Source: the human T2T-CHM13v2.0 reference genome, Homo sapiens. Taken from it: DNA of 64,000 nt. Of the stretch, positions 39,851 through 63,479 are shown piece by piece. The notes below the pieces were generated by a model. That model did not search any database. It was not told the origin of the DNA and worked only from the letters and a program-made list of their open reading frames with translations. The DNA is taken from NCBI RefSeq assembly GCF_009914755.1, contig NC_060926.1. One strand, given 5' to 3'. The translations under genes were made by a program, and so were the position numbers. Numbering within the stretch: the first letter of the stretch is position 1; each line of letters opens with the position of its first letter.

Positions 39851-42800
39851 CAGGGGTTGGCAAACCGTGGCTTGTGGGCCAAATCTGGCCTGCTCCTATT
39901 TTTGTACAGCTCACAAGCTAAAAATGGTTTTTATACTTTTCAGTTGCTGGGAAATTAAAAGAATGTTTTAAAAATTGAAATAATCTGTGATGTGAAAATT
40001 ATATAGAATTCAAATTTCATTAATAAAGTTGTATTGGAGCACAGCCACACTTATTTCCATACATATTGTTATGGCTGCTTTTCCACTGTAACAGTGGAAT
40101 TGAATAGTTTGCACAGAGACTATATGTGAAATTCCGATGGCTTCACTTTTGCTCTGCCCACTACAAATTTCAGTAACTTAGTTATAACTTGATAGCATGA
40201 TGAGTAATATATACATTGTTATACTACAGTGGGTTTTTTTTGAAATTATGAATTCATATATGACACACAAGAAAAAAGTGTACTTTGAGTGTCATATTTT
40301 CAAGGCACAGTATAGTATGAATTATTTCGTTATTGAATTAGATAGTAAAAAAAACTGTATTTATTATACAATGACACTATAGCTATGTTAAATGGCTATA
40401 CTACATATCAGCATTACCAGATTGAGCACTCATCACAGAAAATCAACAGTCAAAAAAATTAGAAAATTTAAAATGGAATTCTCATCACAGCAGAATTTCC
40501 GCATCAAAATAAAAATAAAATAAAATGAGGCTGCAACCAAAATAAGTTCCTGAGAGGTTCATATGTTACCCAAGCAAGGAAACCTGTTTACTCATGGTCA
40601 TTGCAACAGCCAAAAAAAATATGTCCAGAGAAAGTAAACTTGTTTAAGATTATTAGCTTCTCAGTGAGAACAGTTCCTTGAAGAGTTGATGGCATTTTGA
40701 ACAACATGGCCAACTTAAAATAAGACAAATGATTTGAATGTTTTTCCTTGGCTCATCATGACCCAATGGATATTAATACTTGCTAAATCTGTTGGCTAAA
40801 TGTTGTCATCATGGGAGTGAGTTCATTATCTCGAGAGTGAGTTTGTTATACAAGCTAGTTTGGCCCTCTTACTCTCTCGCATGCACTCTTTTGCCATGTG
40901 ATGCCTCCTGCCATGTTATGACACAACAAGAAGGCCCTTACTAAATGCCCCTTGATCTCGGATTTCCTAGCCCCCAGAACTGTGAGCAAATAAACTTCCA
41001 TTGTTTACAAATTACCCAGTCTGTAGTATTCTGTTAAAGTAGCATAAAACAAAGACAGGCTGGGTTCGGTGGCTCATGCCTGTAATCCTGGCACTTTGGT
41101 AGGCCGAGGCGGGCGGATCATGAGGTCAGGAGATGGAGACCATCCTGGCTAACGTGGTGAAACCCTGTCTCTACTAAAAAAAAAAAAAAAAAAAACAAAT
41201 TTTCAAAAAAAAGACAGTACTGCTTAGTTGTTTATTTGAGAAATCAATGGTGAATTGGAAATGACTGAAGAATTAGCCTCTATGAATAGTCATGGTTCAA
41301 CTACAGACAAGAACATTTTCAAAGAAGGTGAAAACACTGATTCCGTACAACCTGAATCTGCTAAGATGTGTTGCACCTGATAATGGTGAAAATTCTAGGT
41401 GGAGCAGGAAAAGGCCTAGTTGGACAAAAGTTACAAAGGTTTTGAAAATACAGTTTTTTTGTTTATGGTTATTCATTGTATTATCAGCAGCCACATTGCA
41501 GAAAATATTTGAATTTATCATGTGTTATTGAACTAGTAGTGTCAAGGTAAAGTTTATTCACTCTTGTGACATAATCATTGTCAGTTTTGTGAATTTTTGT
41601 CAGATACAGAAGCTGAAGATCCCGACTTGCCCTACCGCATGGCAATTCAATGGCAGAACAAGGTTTAAGTTTTATTTTATTTTTTTTGAGATTGAGGCCA
41701 AGAATGAAATTTTTCTGAACAGAACTCCTTTTCAGCTATTGTTATTAAACCCATTCAGCTTTGGAAATCACCTTTTACTGCAGACTTAGTTAAATTCTGA
41801 GTTCTTTTTGGAGACAGGGTCTTGCTTTGTCAGCCAGGCTGGAGTGCAGTAGCGTGATCATAGCTCACTGCAACCTCACACTCTTGGGCTCACATGATTC
41901 TCCCACCTCAGCTTCCCAAGTAGCTAGTACTAGAAGTACACACCACCACACCTGGCCAATTTATTTATTTATTGTGGAGACGAGATTCCACTGTGTTGCT
42001 CAGGCTGGTCTTGAACTCCTGGCCTCAAGCAATCCTGCCTTAGCGTCCCAAAGTGCTGAGTGAGATTACAGGCATGAACCACCATGTCCAGCCCAGACTT
42101 AGTTATATTCTTTGTTGTTGTTTTCTTTTTGAGACAGGGCCTCACTCAGTTGCCCAGGCTGGAGTGCGTAGTGCAGTCTCGGCTCACTGCAACCTCTGCC
42201 TCCCAGGTTCAAGCGATTCAAGCTGAGACTATAGGCGCGTGCCACCACATCTGCCTAATTTTGTTTATTTTTTTGTAGAAACAAGGTTTCCCTATGTTGC
42301 CCAGGTTGGTCTTGAACTGCTGGACTCATGCAATTTCCCCTGTCTCAGCCTCTCAAAGTACTGGGATTATAGGCATGCGCCACCATGCCCGGCTAATTTT
42401 GTATTTTTAGTAGTAATGGAGTTTCTCCATGTTGGTCAGGCTGGTCTCAAACTCCCGACCTCAGGAGATCCACCCGCCTCGGCCTCCCAAAGTGCTGAGA
42501 TTACAGGTGTGAACCACCACGCCTGACCTATATTCTTAAGTAATTCAAACGGAAACCACAAAGCAGAACAGTGCTTATATGCAAAACTTATGCTGGAGTA
42601 AAGTTTTGACAACACCTAATACAGTTTGACTCACAAGTAATGTCACACTGCTTTATAGACCTCTCAGACTGTCAGAAGTTAACACAAGCAGTATCTCCAT
42701 TCCCACGCAAGTTGGCAGCAGATACATTTTCCAAGCTTAAGCTATTAATACAATGCCAGAGCATTTTTTGGACCTCCATGCAAGCACAAAGGAAATTTCC

Positions 42801-43340
42801 ATATTTCAAAATCCATTTAACTATGCAATTGAGGAACTTCCACTTAATCTTCATTTGGAAGTGATTAATCTGCAATGTAATAACATGGTAAAAGGCAAAT
42901 ATCAAGAGAAGAATTTAACAGAATTATATTCTGGCCTATTACTCTCCCAACTAATAAATATGCTCAATTAAAACCACATACTCATAGACTCATATTAGGA
43001 TTTGACATTACCTATCTGTGTGAAAAGGCATTTTCAAAAATGCAGTACCTCAAATTTTATTACAAATTAGAATTAGCAAGTGAATATTTATAATTGATTT
43101 CCAATTAAGTGAAATATCCTTCCCCCAAAATATTTCATTCTTCTAAGTAACTTCCAAATAGACCTGTATTACCAAAAAGAAACATGGTTATTATATTTTT
43201 AATCTTGTCAATAAATTTATGGAAATTTTGTTTCCTCTTTTTATAAAAGTAATTGCCCAATATCCTGTTTTGCCTCTTGGCTTTCAAAGTCTAAAATATT
43301 AACTATCTGACCCTTTTCAGAAAAAATTTGCCAACCCCTG
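39851..43340 (+). mobile_element. hAT-Charlie DNA transposon fossil (Cheshire/MER58-type ends) with degraded transposase
   Basis: Perfect 14-bp TIRs caggggttggcaaa (39851-39864) / tttgccaacccctg (43327-43340); transposase remnants IHCII (41471), FQNPF..IEELP..L (ORF 42753) and TYLCEKAFSKMQYLK (43010-43054). Confidence 0.85.
40781..41057 (+). mobile_element. MST-type (ERVL-MaLR) solo LTR fragment nested in the hAT element
   Basis: Typical MST 3' sequence ccagaactgtgagcaaataaac...aaattacccagtctgtagtattctgtt...aagaca; 5-bp flanks atact/gtact. Confidence 0.75.
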
Positions 43341-43568
43341 GCTCACGGTAAGAGAGCGGGAAGTTGGAGCTTAAAGAAAGGAAAAAGTTCATAATAGGTA
43401 TCTTTAGTGGATCTATTGTTGATTTAACATAGTATTCATTATAGTTTTTACTTGGGAGGGGAGGACTTTTCTCTTGGCAAATTTATGCAGTTTGCAAGCC
43501 ATAGCCAGTGAAATATCTGCATTTTTCTTTTGTAAATTTTATTAACCTAATTTTAATTTGGCTTATAG

Positions 43569-43694
43569 ACAGCATCAACTGGGCAAGTGGTGAGGATGAC
43601 CATGTAGTTGCCAGAGCAGAATATGATTTTGCTGCCGTATCTGAAGAAGAAATTTCTTTCCGGGCTGGTGATATGCTGAACTTAGCTCTCAAAG
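43569..43694 (+). CDS. PEX13: PEX13 exon 3 (first half of SH3 domain: DSINWASGEDDHVVARAEYDFAAVSEEEISFRAGDMLNLALK)
   Basis: Acceptor ttatag|AC, donor AAAG|gtaata; 126 nt; SH3 motif ARAEYDF. Confidence 0.96.
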
Positions 43695-44786
43695 GTAATA
43701 AATTATGAATAAGTTGGAATTATCTGTAAATTTTGATATTCATAAATGCAGTATTAAAAACTACAACAAAGGATCTTGTTCATTGTTAGTTAACTTAGAG
43801 ATAGTTACTAGAACTTCTTTTTCATGTCAATTTAGAGCTTCCAAATCTGGAGGAGTCAGGAAGAAATGCCCCAGCAGAGTTATTCGAATACTATTTCACT
43901 GAGATAAGGAAAGGCTTTGTTTATATAGGCTTTTCTAAACTCAAAATACTTGAATTTCAAACTGTTAATCCCCACACAAAAACGTGATGTCAGTAACTAA
44001 ACATAACAAATCTAATAAAGCAAAGGAATTATGTAACATCATCTAAGCATTGCTGTTAGTCCTTGTGGACTGGTGTTGCTTCTTTATTACTTCAGCAGTG
44101 TTTACCTCAGAAATTTCATCATAAGTATTTTAGGAAATAGTGTCATGAAGTATTATAGAACCCCAGCAAGAGATTTATACGCATCTCGGGTTTATTTTTG
44201 GACCAAGTCACTGATACTTTTTAATGACTCTAGGCAAAATGACCTTTTCCTTCACCCTTCCTGAGTAATGATTATCAGGATTTTTATGGATTTTTTTAAA
44301 TATGTGTATTTATGGGGATTCAAGTTTATTGCAAAAAGTGATGTTTTGTTGATAAAGGTACTAATAACAATAACATGTTATTTATTGAGTACTTACTATG
44401 TACAAGGTACTGTATTTTACATATTTCATTTAAGCCTTACAATAATACGGTGAAGTGGTACTATTATTATCCTGTCATTGTTTTACCCTTGAAGAAACTG
44501 AGACTCAGAATAAGTAAATTGTCCAGTATCACAAAGCAAAGGTGCAATAGAACTGGACTATGAATCTAGGTTTGTCTAACTTGAGACCTTGTGCTTTTAA
44601 CAACTCTGGCTGTTTTTTCATGGAAGGATCTATTTATGGAAACTTCACCCTTTTTTTGGTTTTAGTCATTTTTTGCAGGGAAGAAATACTTTCAATGTTC
44701 AAATCATTACTATGTAAATAATTGAAAATTTTGGATGAGATTACTAAATCTTTGCCTCATCCCTTTTACAAAAAACCTAGACTTAA

Positions 44787-44960
44787 GCGAGGTGCAGTGT
44801 GTGCACCTATAGTCCCACCTACTCAAGGGGCTGAGGCAGAAGGATCACTTGAGGCCAGGAGTTTGAGGCTGTAGTACATTGTAATCACACCTGTGGAACA
44901 GCACCACTGCACTCCAGCCTGGGCAACGTAGTGTAACCTTGTCTCAAGAAAAAAAAAACA
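44787..44960 (+). mobile_element. FAM-like fossil Alu monomer
   Basis: Monomer containing gaggctgtagt...atcacacctgtggaacagc..ccactgcactccagcc, the 7SL-like segment typical of FAM; flanked by aaacctagactt / aaacctctagactt. Confidence 0.65.
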
Positions 44961-44969
44961 AACCTCTAG

Positions 44970-45122
<153 letters not shown>

Positions 45123-46314
45123 TGAGTTGCTGGGACTACAGGCACATGCCACCACGACCAGCTAGTTTTTGTATTTTTAGTAGAGACAGGCGTTCACCAT
45201 GTTGGTCAGGCTGGTCTCGAACTCCTGACCTTGTGATCCGCCCGACTTGGCCTCCCAAGGTGCTGGAATTACAGATGTGTACCACCACGCTGGGCCTATT
45301 CATATTTTTCTTATAGGGAAAATAGCAATTTACTATTTTGGATTTCAAACGAATGATTTTTTAAAGATTTGTTGTTAGAGACAGGAACAACACAGATAAT
45401 TTTAATTAGAGGTCATGTGGTTTCTTTCAGTTACATAACACTTCAGAAAAATTTTATATTTCATTATTCTTCAATGAATAGTGCCTCTTAACACTAGCTT
45501 GCTTCTTGGCTTTCCTCCATTGCTCAAGAAAAGTATGTTTGGGCCTTTGGAACAAAATCGGTCGTAGACATGGTAAATTTGTTTTTTCCTGTTATTATAG
45601 AGCATTAAACATTAAAAAGTCTTATATTGTGCCTAAATTATAATGTTGAACTAAAATTGTAACAGTTAAGCAGCTTTTTAAAGATATAGATAAAATAGGA
45701 AAATACAATAGAAAATTGAGTACATTAAATAATCTTTCTTTAAGCTTAGAGTATTGCCTTTATTTATCATATGGCTAGAAATAACAAAGGTCTTCAATTT
45801 TTTGCCCATCTTGGATTGAAATTAATATTTACTGTCTTCAGGATTGTTTATTACAATCACATGAAACGAATTTTATATTTTTGCCAAAAGTAGGCTAAGA
45901 AAGCTGAGTGCATTAAAGGTATATCTTTTCTATACTTATTCCTAACTTACCCAGTTGAGAAGGAATAAGATATTCATTTTTTAGACTCCAGTTTAAAATA
46001 TGAAAGACATTGATGTTAGTTTTCAGTTTTGAGAGAACTAAATCTCCCTACTCTATGAATGGACCAACTGATAATAAACTTTATGTTCTTCAAGGTGGAA
46101 GGAAATATTTAGTAAGTATAAAATAAAAATAGAAGAATGGACCCTAGAACTGTTAAGCCTACTCAGCATTTGATTTTGAATATATATGCATGTACTATTT
46201 GTTATCTACTATGTAAGCATAACAGATTTTCCTGAATGTGATATTTTACCATTACTATTCTGTTGGACCTCCAAAGTATATTGTAATTACAAGACTGTCT
46301 TTTTTTTCCATCAG

Positions 46315-46613
46315 AACAACAACCCAAAGTGCGTGGTTGGCTTCTGGCTAGCCTTGATGGCCAAACAACAGGACTTATACCTGCGAATTATGTCAAAATT
46401 CTTGGCAAAAGAAAAGGTAGGAAAACGGTGGAATCAAGTAAAGTTTCCAAGCAGCAACAATCTTTTACCAACCCAACACTAACTAAAGGAGCCACGGTTG
46501 CTGATTCTTTGGATGAACAGGAAGCTGCCTTTGAATCTGTTTTTGTTGAAACTAATAAGGTTCCAGTTGCACCTGATTCCATTGGGAAAGATGGAGAAAA
46601 GCAAGATCTTTGA
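46315..46613 (+). CDS. PEX13: PEX13 exon 4 coding part (second half of SH3, GWLL...GLIPANYV, to stop)
   Basis: Acceptor ccatcag|AA; TGA at 46611-46613; total CDS 92+695+126+299=1212 nt = 403 aa. Confidence 0.97.
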
Positions 46614-47076
46614 TATCTTTCATGTTTGCCTGCAGTTGAACAATACTTTAGAGTACTTTTTAAAATTATTTCTCACAAAGAAATGAATGTACAATCCAAT
46701 GAAAACATTTGTTATTGGCTATTTCAGGTGTTTTGCTGCTAGAAATTATTAAAGTTACACACTAGTATGTTGGTCTGGTGACCTGGTTACATTTTATTAT
46801 ACACATTATTGGACCATAAGGACATTTGTTTCACCTAGATTTTAAGATTATGGAGACTGCTGTCATTTTTATCTTATTTAAATCTCTAGGTTTATTGGAA
46901 GAGTAAGATTGATGAACTATAGCATGCACAGTTTGGTACAGTAGAGATCATTAATACTTTTAAAAGTTCTACATTAATTGACTTGGAATCCTTAGAAATG
47001 GAGTGGTGACATGTCAGTATGAGAACAGGCAAAAGGTAAATTTTTTTTTTTTTTTACAACCTTAAGTAATCTCAAT

Positions 47077-47082
47077 AATAAA
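47077..47082 (+). terminator. Candidate proximal polyadenylation signal of PEX13 (upstream of the UTR Alus)
   Basis: AATAAA with a GU-rich stretch (gtgttgggttt) about 25 nt downstream. Confidence 0.45.
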
Positions 47083-47335
47083 ATTTTCTGATCTGTATTA
47101 TATCCAGTGTTGGGTTTATATTTTCACCCACAAACAACTGACACTGCTATCTTTTACTGTATTTTTAAAAATTTAATTTGAAAAGGTCACCCAGAAGCAT
47201 TCTGAAGGAAATGGTTCTAGAATTATAGAGTATGTAGCCCTAATAGTTTTCCCTCCTAGCAAAAAGTCTGAAATTTATCTTTCTTACAAACTGTTCCATT
47301 TCTTCTAAGGATCCCTTAATTATTTATCTCTTTAA

Positions 47336-48762
<1,427 letters not shown>

Positions 48763-49811
48763 GATTTAGTATTTTTTTCTAATAGACTATGTTCAACAAA
48801 TAAGTAATTCTCGAATAGTTCAGATTAAAACATACAGGAACCAAGTACATACCCAGCATAGAAGAACTTTACTAAAGGCTTCTTGGAAAGCCCTTTTTTG
48901 AAACGACAGTATCGTAAGTAACATATCATTTATAATAGAAATCTTGACCCAGTGCAGAAAAATAAATATAGTAAAATTTATTTATCTTTGGCCAGTTTTC
49001 CAACACCCAGGTATTAGCCTTGAAGTTGAAGAGATAAGGTTTCTTGTATATTATTTTTCATTTGTGTTCTACAATTAAAGGTTCTGCTTTGATTTGTCAG
49101 ATAATTTATAGAAATTTTGTTCTCAAAACAAATGTTTGATAAAACAGATTATTAAATTTGGGGTTGAGATGTCTAAATTGAATGCTAGAAGTAAAGTAGA
49201 AGTGACCACTATTAAAGATGTATAGGGAGAAGAGTACAGCACAAAGTGATAAAATAGTGACACTTTTGTAGGGGTGTTTATTGTTTGGTTAAGTCTGCTA
49301 AATTACGGTATGCATTATCTGGTGACTATTTGTGCCTGAAAATTCGTTTTGTATTAAAATTCTGGAGAAGGAATTCAGGACTAGAATAAAGAGAAATTTT
49401 GTAACCTTTTTTATCATGACAGTTTTAGAATAATTTTTTTAGCTGAGATTAAATGTTCAAGGCTCCAATATTATTTTTAGGAACTTATTTAAGGAGTGCT
49501 ACTTTACAGAAATTACTAACACACCAAAACATTATTAATTAAATAAAATATAAGTTTACAATAATAAAACATGTTTCTTTTAATTTTTCTGATTATATTT
49601 TATGAGTTCAGAAAGGAAATGGTAAAAGAACTATACATTTTCATGTTTTAACATTTTATGTACGTACTTGATTCTGTCTGTGTCATAATTACACATTTAC
49701 TTGAACACAGCTATCCTTTATCTTGTGCTTTCTTTAATAGAAAAATGAACAGAAACTGAATGCAGTTAAATTTTTATTTTTAGTAGGTTGTGAAGTTACT
49801 TTTACTGGAGA

Positions 49812-49817
49812 AATAAA
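49812..49817 (+). terminator. Candidate distal polyadenylation signal of PEX13
   Basis: AATAAA followed by ttgattgactttt; other AATAAA hexamers occur at 48961 and 49385. Confidence 0.55.
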
Positions 49818-49965
49818 AATATGTTAAACTTGATTGACTTTTTAAGATAAATTGTTAACACTTTTGCAGGATTAGAATTAATATGAAGTATCTCTTTAAC
49901 ATTATTGTATATATTACCTACTGCAAACCTATCTGTTCTGTTTCTTTGTGATTTAAAGAAAAATA

Positions 49966-55135
<5,170 letters not shown>

Positions 55136-56103
55136 ATATTCATTTGTCTAGATGGTTTTTAGTTTCTCACCTTTAGTAATATGGTAGATGACATTGATTT
55201 TTCTGATATTAAACCTTTGTATTCTTACTTGATATAATTTTTAAGGAAATTATTTTATCAAATATTAAAATTAAAAGGGTAACATGCAGAAACCTAGCTG
55301 TATACAGAAAAGGCAATATTACCACTATTTGGTGAGGTGTGCTGCGTGACGATAACCTGAAAAGAAGCACTAGGTCATAAGACTGGCTTCAGTTCCTCTG
55401 AGAATTTACAAGAGCCTTTTCTGGGGAGATCACTGGGCAAGACCCTGAGCAAATTCTGAGAAACATTGGGTTATCCATAATTAGTGTATTTTGAAAGGTG
55501 TACTGGCTACTGGAGCACACCTGTCTAGGATTAACTCCACAGAGGACTTGCTTCTGCCTCTGCTGGCAGTGTGGGAGTACCACCATTCTGGAATCACTTC
55601 AGTCCTCCCTTGAAGGTTGTGTGTAAGGATGGGAAATCATGAACAGCTTTTGCCCACTCTACTTAGTGGCCCAGTGCTCAATGTCCTGACAGCTAGGCCA
55701 TTATGGGCATCCACCCTCAGGGCACCCAAACCCCCTCTCTTCTCCCTGCACTTTCCCAGATCACTGGTTTTGATTGATTTGGGGTCCCCTCTCTCCACTT
55801 CTATGAGACCAGCAGTGCTTTAATGTGTCCCAGCCAGGATCTTCCTTGTTCACCAAGAAAGTTTCCCATGTAGCCCACCACACCAGAAGTAGAAGTTCCT
55901 CCAGATTCCAGACTCTAATAGCCAGTTATTACAAAGGAAATCAATAATACCTAGTGGCTTTGTTTCTTTGGGATGTTTGGTTTTTTAACTATTAAGAATA
56001 TTTACTTTAGGCTGGGCACGGTGGCTCACGCCTGTAATCCCAGCACTTTGGGAGGCCGAGGTGGGCGGATCGCGAGGTCAGGAAATTGAGACCATCCTGG
56101 CTA

Positions 56104-56566
<463 letters not shown>

Positions 56567-57856
56567 TTAGGAAGATTCCTAAGTGTCTTCTGACAAAAGC
56601 TGATAGATTTATAATAGTGTAGTTTTATGTATTTTTTGTAGTCTATGGTACTTTTATTTGAAATTCTTTGAAAATTGGTCATTCATGTATGATATACATG
56701 ACAACTAAACTCATTAATTGGAAAAGCCCACTCTTTAACCATTGTCTTAATGATTAAATGTGTTTTTCCATTTGTATGTGAAAATATACAAACTTTTAAA
56801 ACAATGAAAATGAGTTTCTTAATATGAATGGTAAACATTAAAACTTGTTAATATTCATTAAGTTCAAAATGGATCAAAATTTTTCATATATTTCTGAGAC
56901 TTGAAAATGAAAAGATTAAGAATGACTGGTAAACTAATAAAGGTTATTGTGAACACCAGATTAAGGAATCTCTGTATTTTCCCTTTTCTAACGGTATTTT
57001 CCAGGGCAGAACATTTCACTTCTTACAACATTGTTAAATGTGGAGTGAGACCCCTGTTTGAATTCCAGTTCTGTCACTTTCCAGTTTTTTTTTGTTTTTT
57101 TAAATTGAGACGGGGTCTGACTGTGTCGTCTAGGCTGGACTGCAGTGGTTCACTGCAACCTCTGCCTCCTGAGCTCAAGCCATCCTCCCACCTCAGCCTC
57201 TGAAGTAGCTGGGACTACAGACACACACCACCACATCTGGCTAATTTTTGTGTGTGTGTGTGTGTATTTTTTGTAGAGATATGGTTTTGCCATGTTGCCA
57301 AGCTGGTCTCAAACTCCTGAGCTCAAGCAGTCCACCCACCTCAGCCTCCTGAAGTGCTGGGATTACAGGTTTGAGCCACCCTGCCCAGCCTGTAGTTTCC
57401 TTAGAGAATTTAACCTGTGTATCTCAGTTTCTTCATCTGCAAAATGGGGATAATAATCATACCTACTTGATTAAGTTGTTGAGAGGAGTAAGCAATGCTG
57501 TGTATTGTGCATTTAGAGCACTTGGCATATAGTAAGGACTCAATATAAACTCTTGTTAAAAGTGATAAGCACTTTTTAATAACCATATTAACAAGATGCA
57601 GTTTTCAATCAGGAGCTATCTTTAAAGACTAAAGCCCTGCTAAGGGGATCAGGTGGAACAGTGTCTAGGAATAGGGATATTCTTGAATAGCAGCCTGTTA
57701 GAAGAATAGGAAAGTCTCTTTGGGAGGCCGAGGCAGGTGGATCACAAGGTCAGGAGATCGAGACCATCCTGGCTAACACAGTGAAACCCCGTCTCTACTA
57801 AAAATACAAAAAATTAGCCAGGCATGGTGGCACGCGCCTGTAGTCTCAGCTACTCA

Positions 57857-58054
<198 letters not shown>

Positions 58055-58651
58055 TCAGTAGAAGCTTGATAGGCTTGGGGAAAAAATTCAACAGTCAAGA
58101 TATTGCGGTGTTAGGTATGGAACTGCCACACACATATTCACATAAGGGGTGACACCATGTAGGACTTGTAGTCTCAACACTTGGCATCTCAATTTAGGAG
58201 AATATTATAAACAGGGGCCTCTACTTTTGGTAGTAAAAAGCTCCGTGCTGGAACATAACTATCGGAGACACTTGGAACATGAACATGGCCTCTAACACAT
58301 ACCCTTTTAATTTCTTACAGACCTTGAAATAGACAAAAAAATGTTTATTGATACCTCTTACTTTTCCACATTTTGTTGTTTTGTACAACCCTATGCCTTG
58401 TCATGGAGAAAGAGATGTTTAATTTTAAATCTCGTTCTCAGGTAATATTTGGTAGTAGCTGGAGTCTCAAAGGCATTTAAATTTCTTTTTATTGCCTTTT
58501 ATTCATAAACATTTAACCGTATTTTTTTAGTATGAATGGGGTTCCTTTTTAGTTTCACATTTCACTGTAATTTAAAATGTTTCAAAAATGTATTCTAATG
58601 AAGTAAATAATAGAAATCTGGGTAGCATATAATCCTTGAAATTAAGCTGTT

Positions 58652-60420
<1,769 letters not shown>

Positions 60421-61896
60421 GAGGAATAGATGAGCTTCTGAACACAAAATGGTTAGACTTGGTGAAAAGGGGGAATTGGATGAAAGCCTTAGGTGAAATT
60501 GCCCATTCTGCATAAAGGGCCTCAAGGAGGAACATCTGTACAATGGGGAAGAAAGATTTTTTCCTTGGCCAAAAGTCACTGAACCTAATGAGTTGGCCAT
60601 TTGGCCTTGGACAAGTCACTTAAACTTTCTCTGTATTTGAGACTTAAATTGGAAAAAATTGAAGAAGTTGGCCTCTCAAGGATCCTTTCTAGCTATCATT
60701 TCATAAATGTATGTTGTTCTAGAAAAGGGAATGAGAAAGCTTGAGACAGTAAGTATCCAAATTGATCCTGAGATGCTTACTAGTAAATAGGTCAACAACA
60801 GGAGTAGAGCAGATGTTATGGAGTGGGTCCAGTACAGTTTTATTATCTTCAGTCTCTGTTTACAAACTAGTGTTTGTTTGTTGAAACAGGGTCTTGCTCT
60901 GTCACTCAGGCTAGATTGCAGTGGCATAATTGCAGCTCATTGCAGCTCACTGCAGCCCCAGCCTCCCAGGCTCAAATGATTCTCCTGCTTCAGCCTCCCG
61001 AGTAACTGGACTACAGGCACACGCCACCACACCTGGTTAATTTTTGTATTTTCTGTAGCAACAGGGTTTCACCACGTTGTCCAGGCTAGCAAACTGGTTA
61101 ACTGACTTAGTGTCTTTTTGTTGAACCTTGCTAAAAGCAAGGAATGGTAGCCAACACAAACTCACATTCTGGCCTTTTCTAGATGCTTTCCTCAGAGCTA
61201 TATATGGGCTTGATGATCTGCCTTCCAAGTTAATATGGGTGACATTTTTCCCCAATACATTTGGGAACAGTCACTAGCCTTCTGGCCTGCAATATGTTTC
61301 CACCTGCTAACCAATGCCATATATATCTTAGATCTTTGTTATGGTAGGTGGCACACCACTTTCAGGAACCAACTTTCTCTTCTAGGGAATACACTAAGCC
61401 ACTGTAACAAAGAGACTAAAAAATACAGTAGTTAAGATAAACATTTTTCTCTCATGGAACAGACCAGAGGTACTCTGCTTCAGAAGGTAATTCAGGGCCC
61501 AGGTTCCTGCTATATTGTGTTCTACAGTCCCTTATGTGTTATTCTTTGTTTGTCGTTTTTGAGATGGAATCTCGCTCTGTAGCCCAGGCTGGAGTGCAGT
61601 GGCACCATCTCGGCTCACTGCAACCTCTGCCTCTCAGGTTCAAGTGATTTTCCCCCATCAGCCTTGGAGTAGCTGGTATTACAGGCACCCGCCACCACGC
61701 CTGACTAATATTTGTATTTTTAGTAGACATGAGGTTTCACCAGTCTGGTCTCGAACTCCTAACCTCAAGTGATCCTCCTGCCTCAGCCTCCCAAAGTTCT
61801 GGGATTACAGCGTGAGCTAACTATGCCCAGCCCCTTATGCATTATTCTTGTTTTCATGGTTGTAAAGTACCACCATCACAACTAAGTACCAGCCTA

Positions 61897-62557
<661 letters not shown>

Positions 62558-63156
62558 GAATTTACCTGACTTAACCTAACATCTTATGATACGACACTTG
62601 CCTAACTTTATTTTTATTTTTATTTTTGACAGGGTCTCACTCTGTTGCCCAGCTTGGAGTGCAGTGGTGCAAACATAGCTCATTGGGGCCACCACGCCCA
62701 GCTAACTTAAAAAAAAAACAACTTTTTTTTTTTTTTGGTAGAGACAGGGTTTCACTTTGTTGTTCAGGCTGTGCTCAAGCAATCCTCTCGTCTTGGTCTC
62801 CCTAAATGCTGGGATTATGGGATTACAGGTGTGAGCCACCGCACCCAGCCACTTTAATGTCTTTGTGGAACAAAAATCGTAAAAGATCTGCAGAAAGTCA
62901 CAGGATGATACAATTGGTAAAAACTCCTGACATTCTGTACAGTGAACCACTTAATCTCTACTTAATCATCAGATCTCGTAGTAATTATTCATTTGGTTAA
63001 GGCTTTACTTTTTCTGTTCTTTCTAATCCTAACATTTAATTTTGGTTCTCAGAATAGACCAAGTGGAAATTAGATAGAAATGTTGACATGTAGCAGTTAC
63101 CCTACAATATTGAGCCGTTTGCATTTTACTAGATGCCCAATAGTAGTGTTCCTCAC

Positions 63157-63160
<4 letters not shown>

Positions 63161-63196
<36 letters not shown>
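63161..63196. repeat. (AC)18 microsatellite upstream of the right-hand CpG island
   Basis: Directly visible. Confidence 0.95.
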
Positions 63197-63199
<3 letters not shown>

Positions 63200-63479
63200 A
63201 TTAATGTATGAAAACCGAATTTGTAATCCAGAGCTATTTACATTTTTAAAGAGCTACCTCCTGGTAAAGACACTTCAGGTCCTTACCCAAAGACCTTGGT
63301 CTAAAAGATACTTTCGGTGTCCCTCATCATGCGATCTTTCCGCTCTACCTAAGCGGTGTACCAAATGATCTGCACCAAGAACAATTTCATCCATTCTTTA
63401 ATCTTTTATCTCCTGTATATCCCCCTTTCTTCTGGACTCAGGGTTGGTCACCTAAGATCAGGCTCCTAGGATCTGGTTG

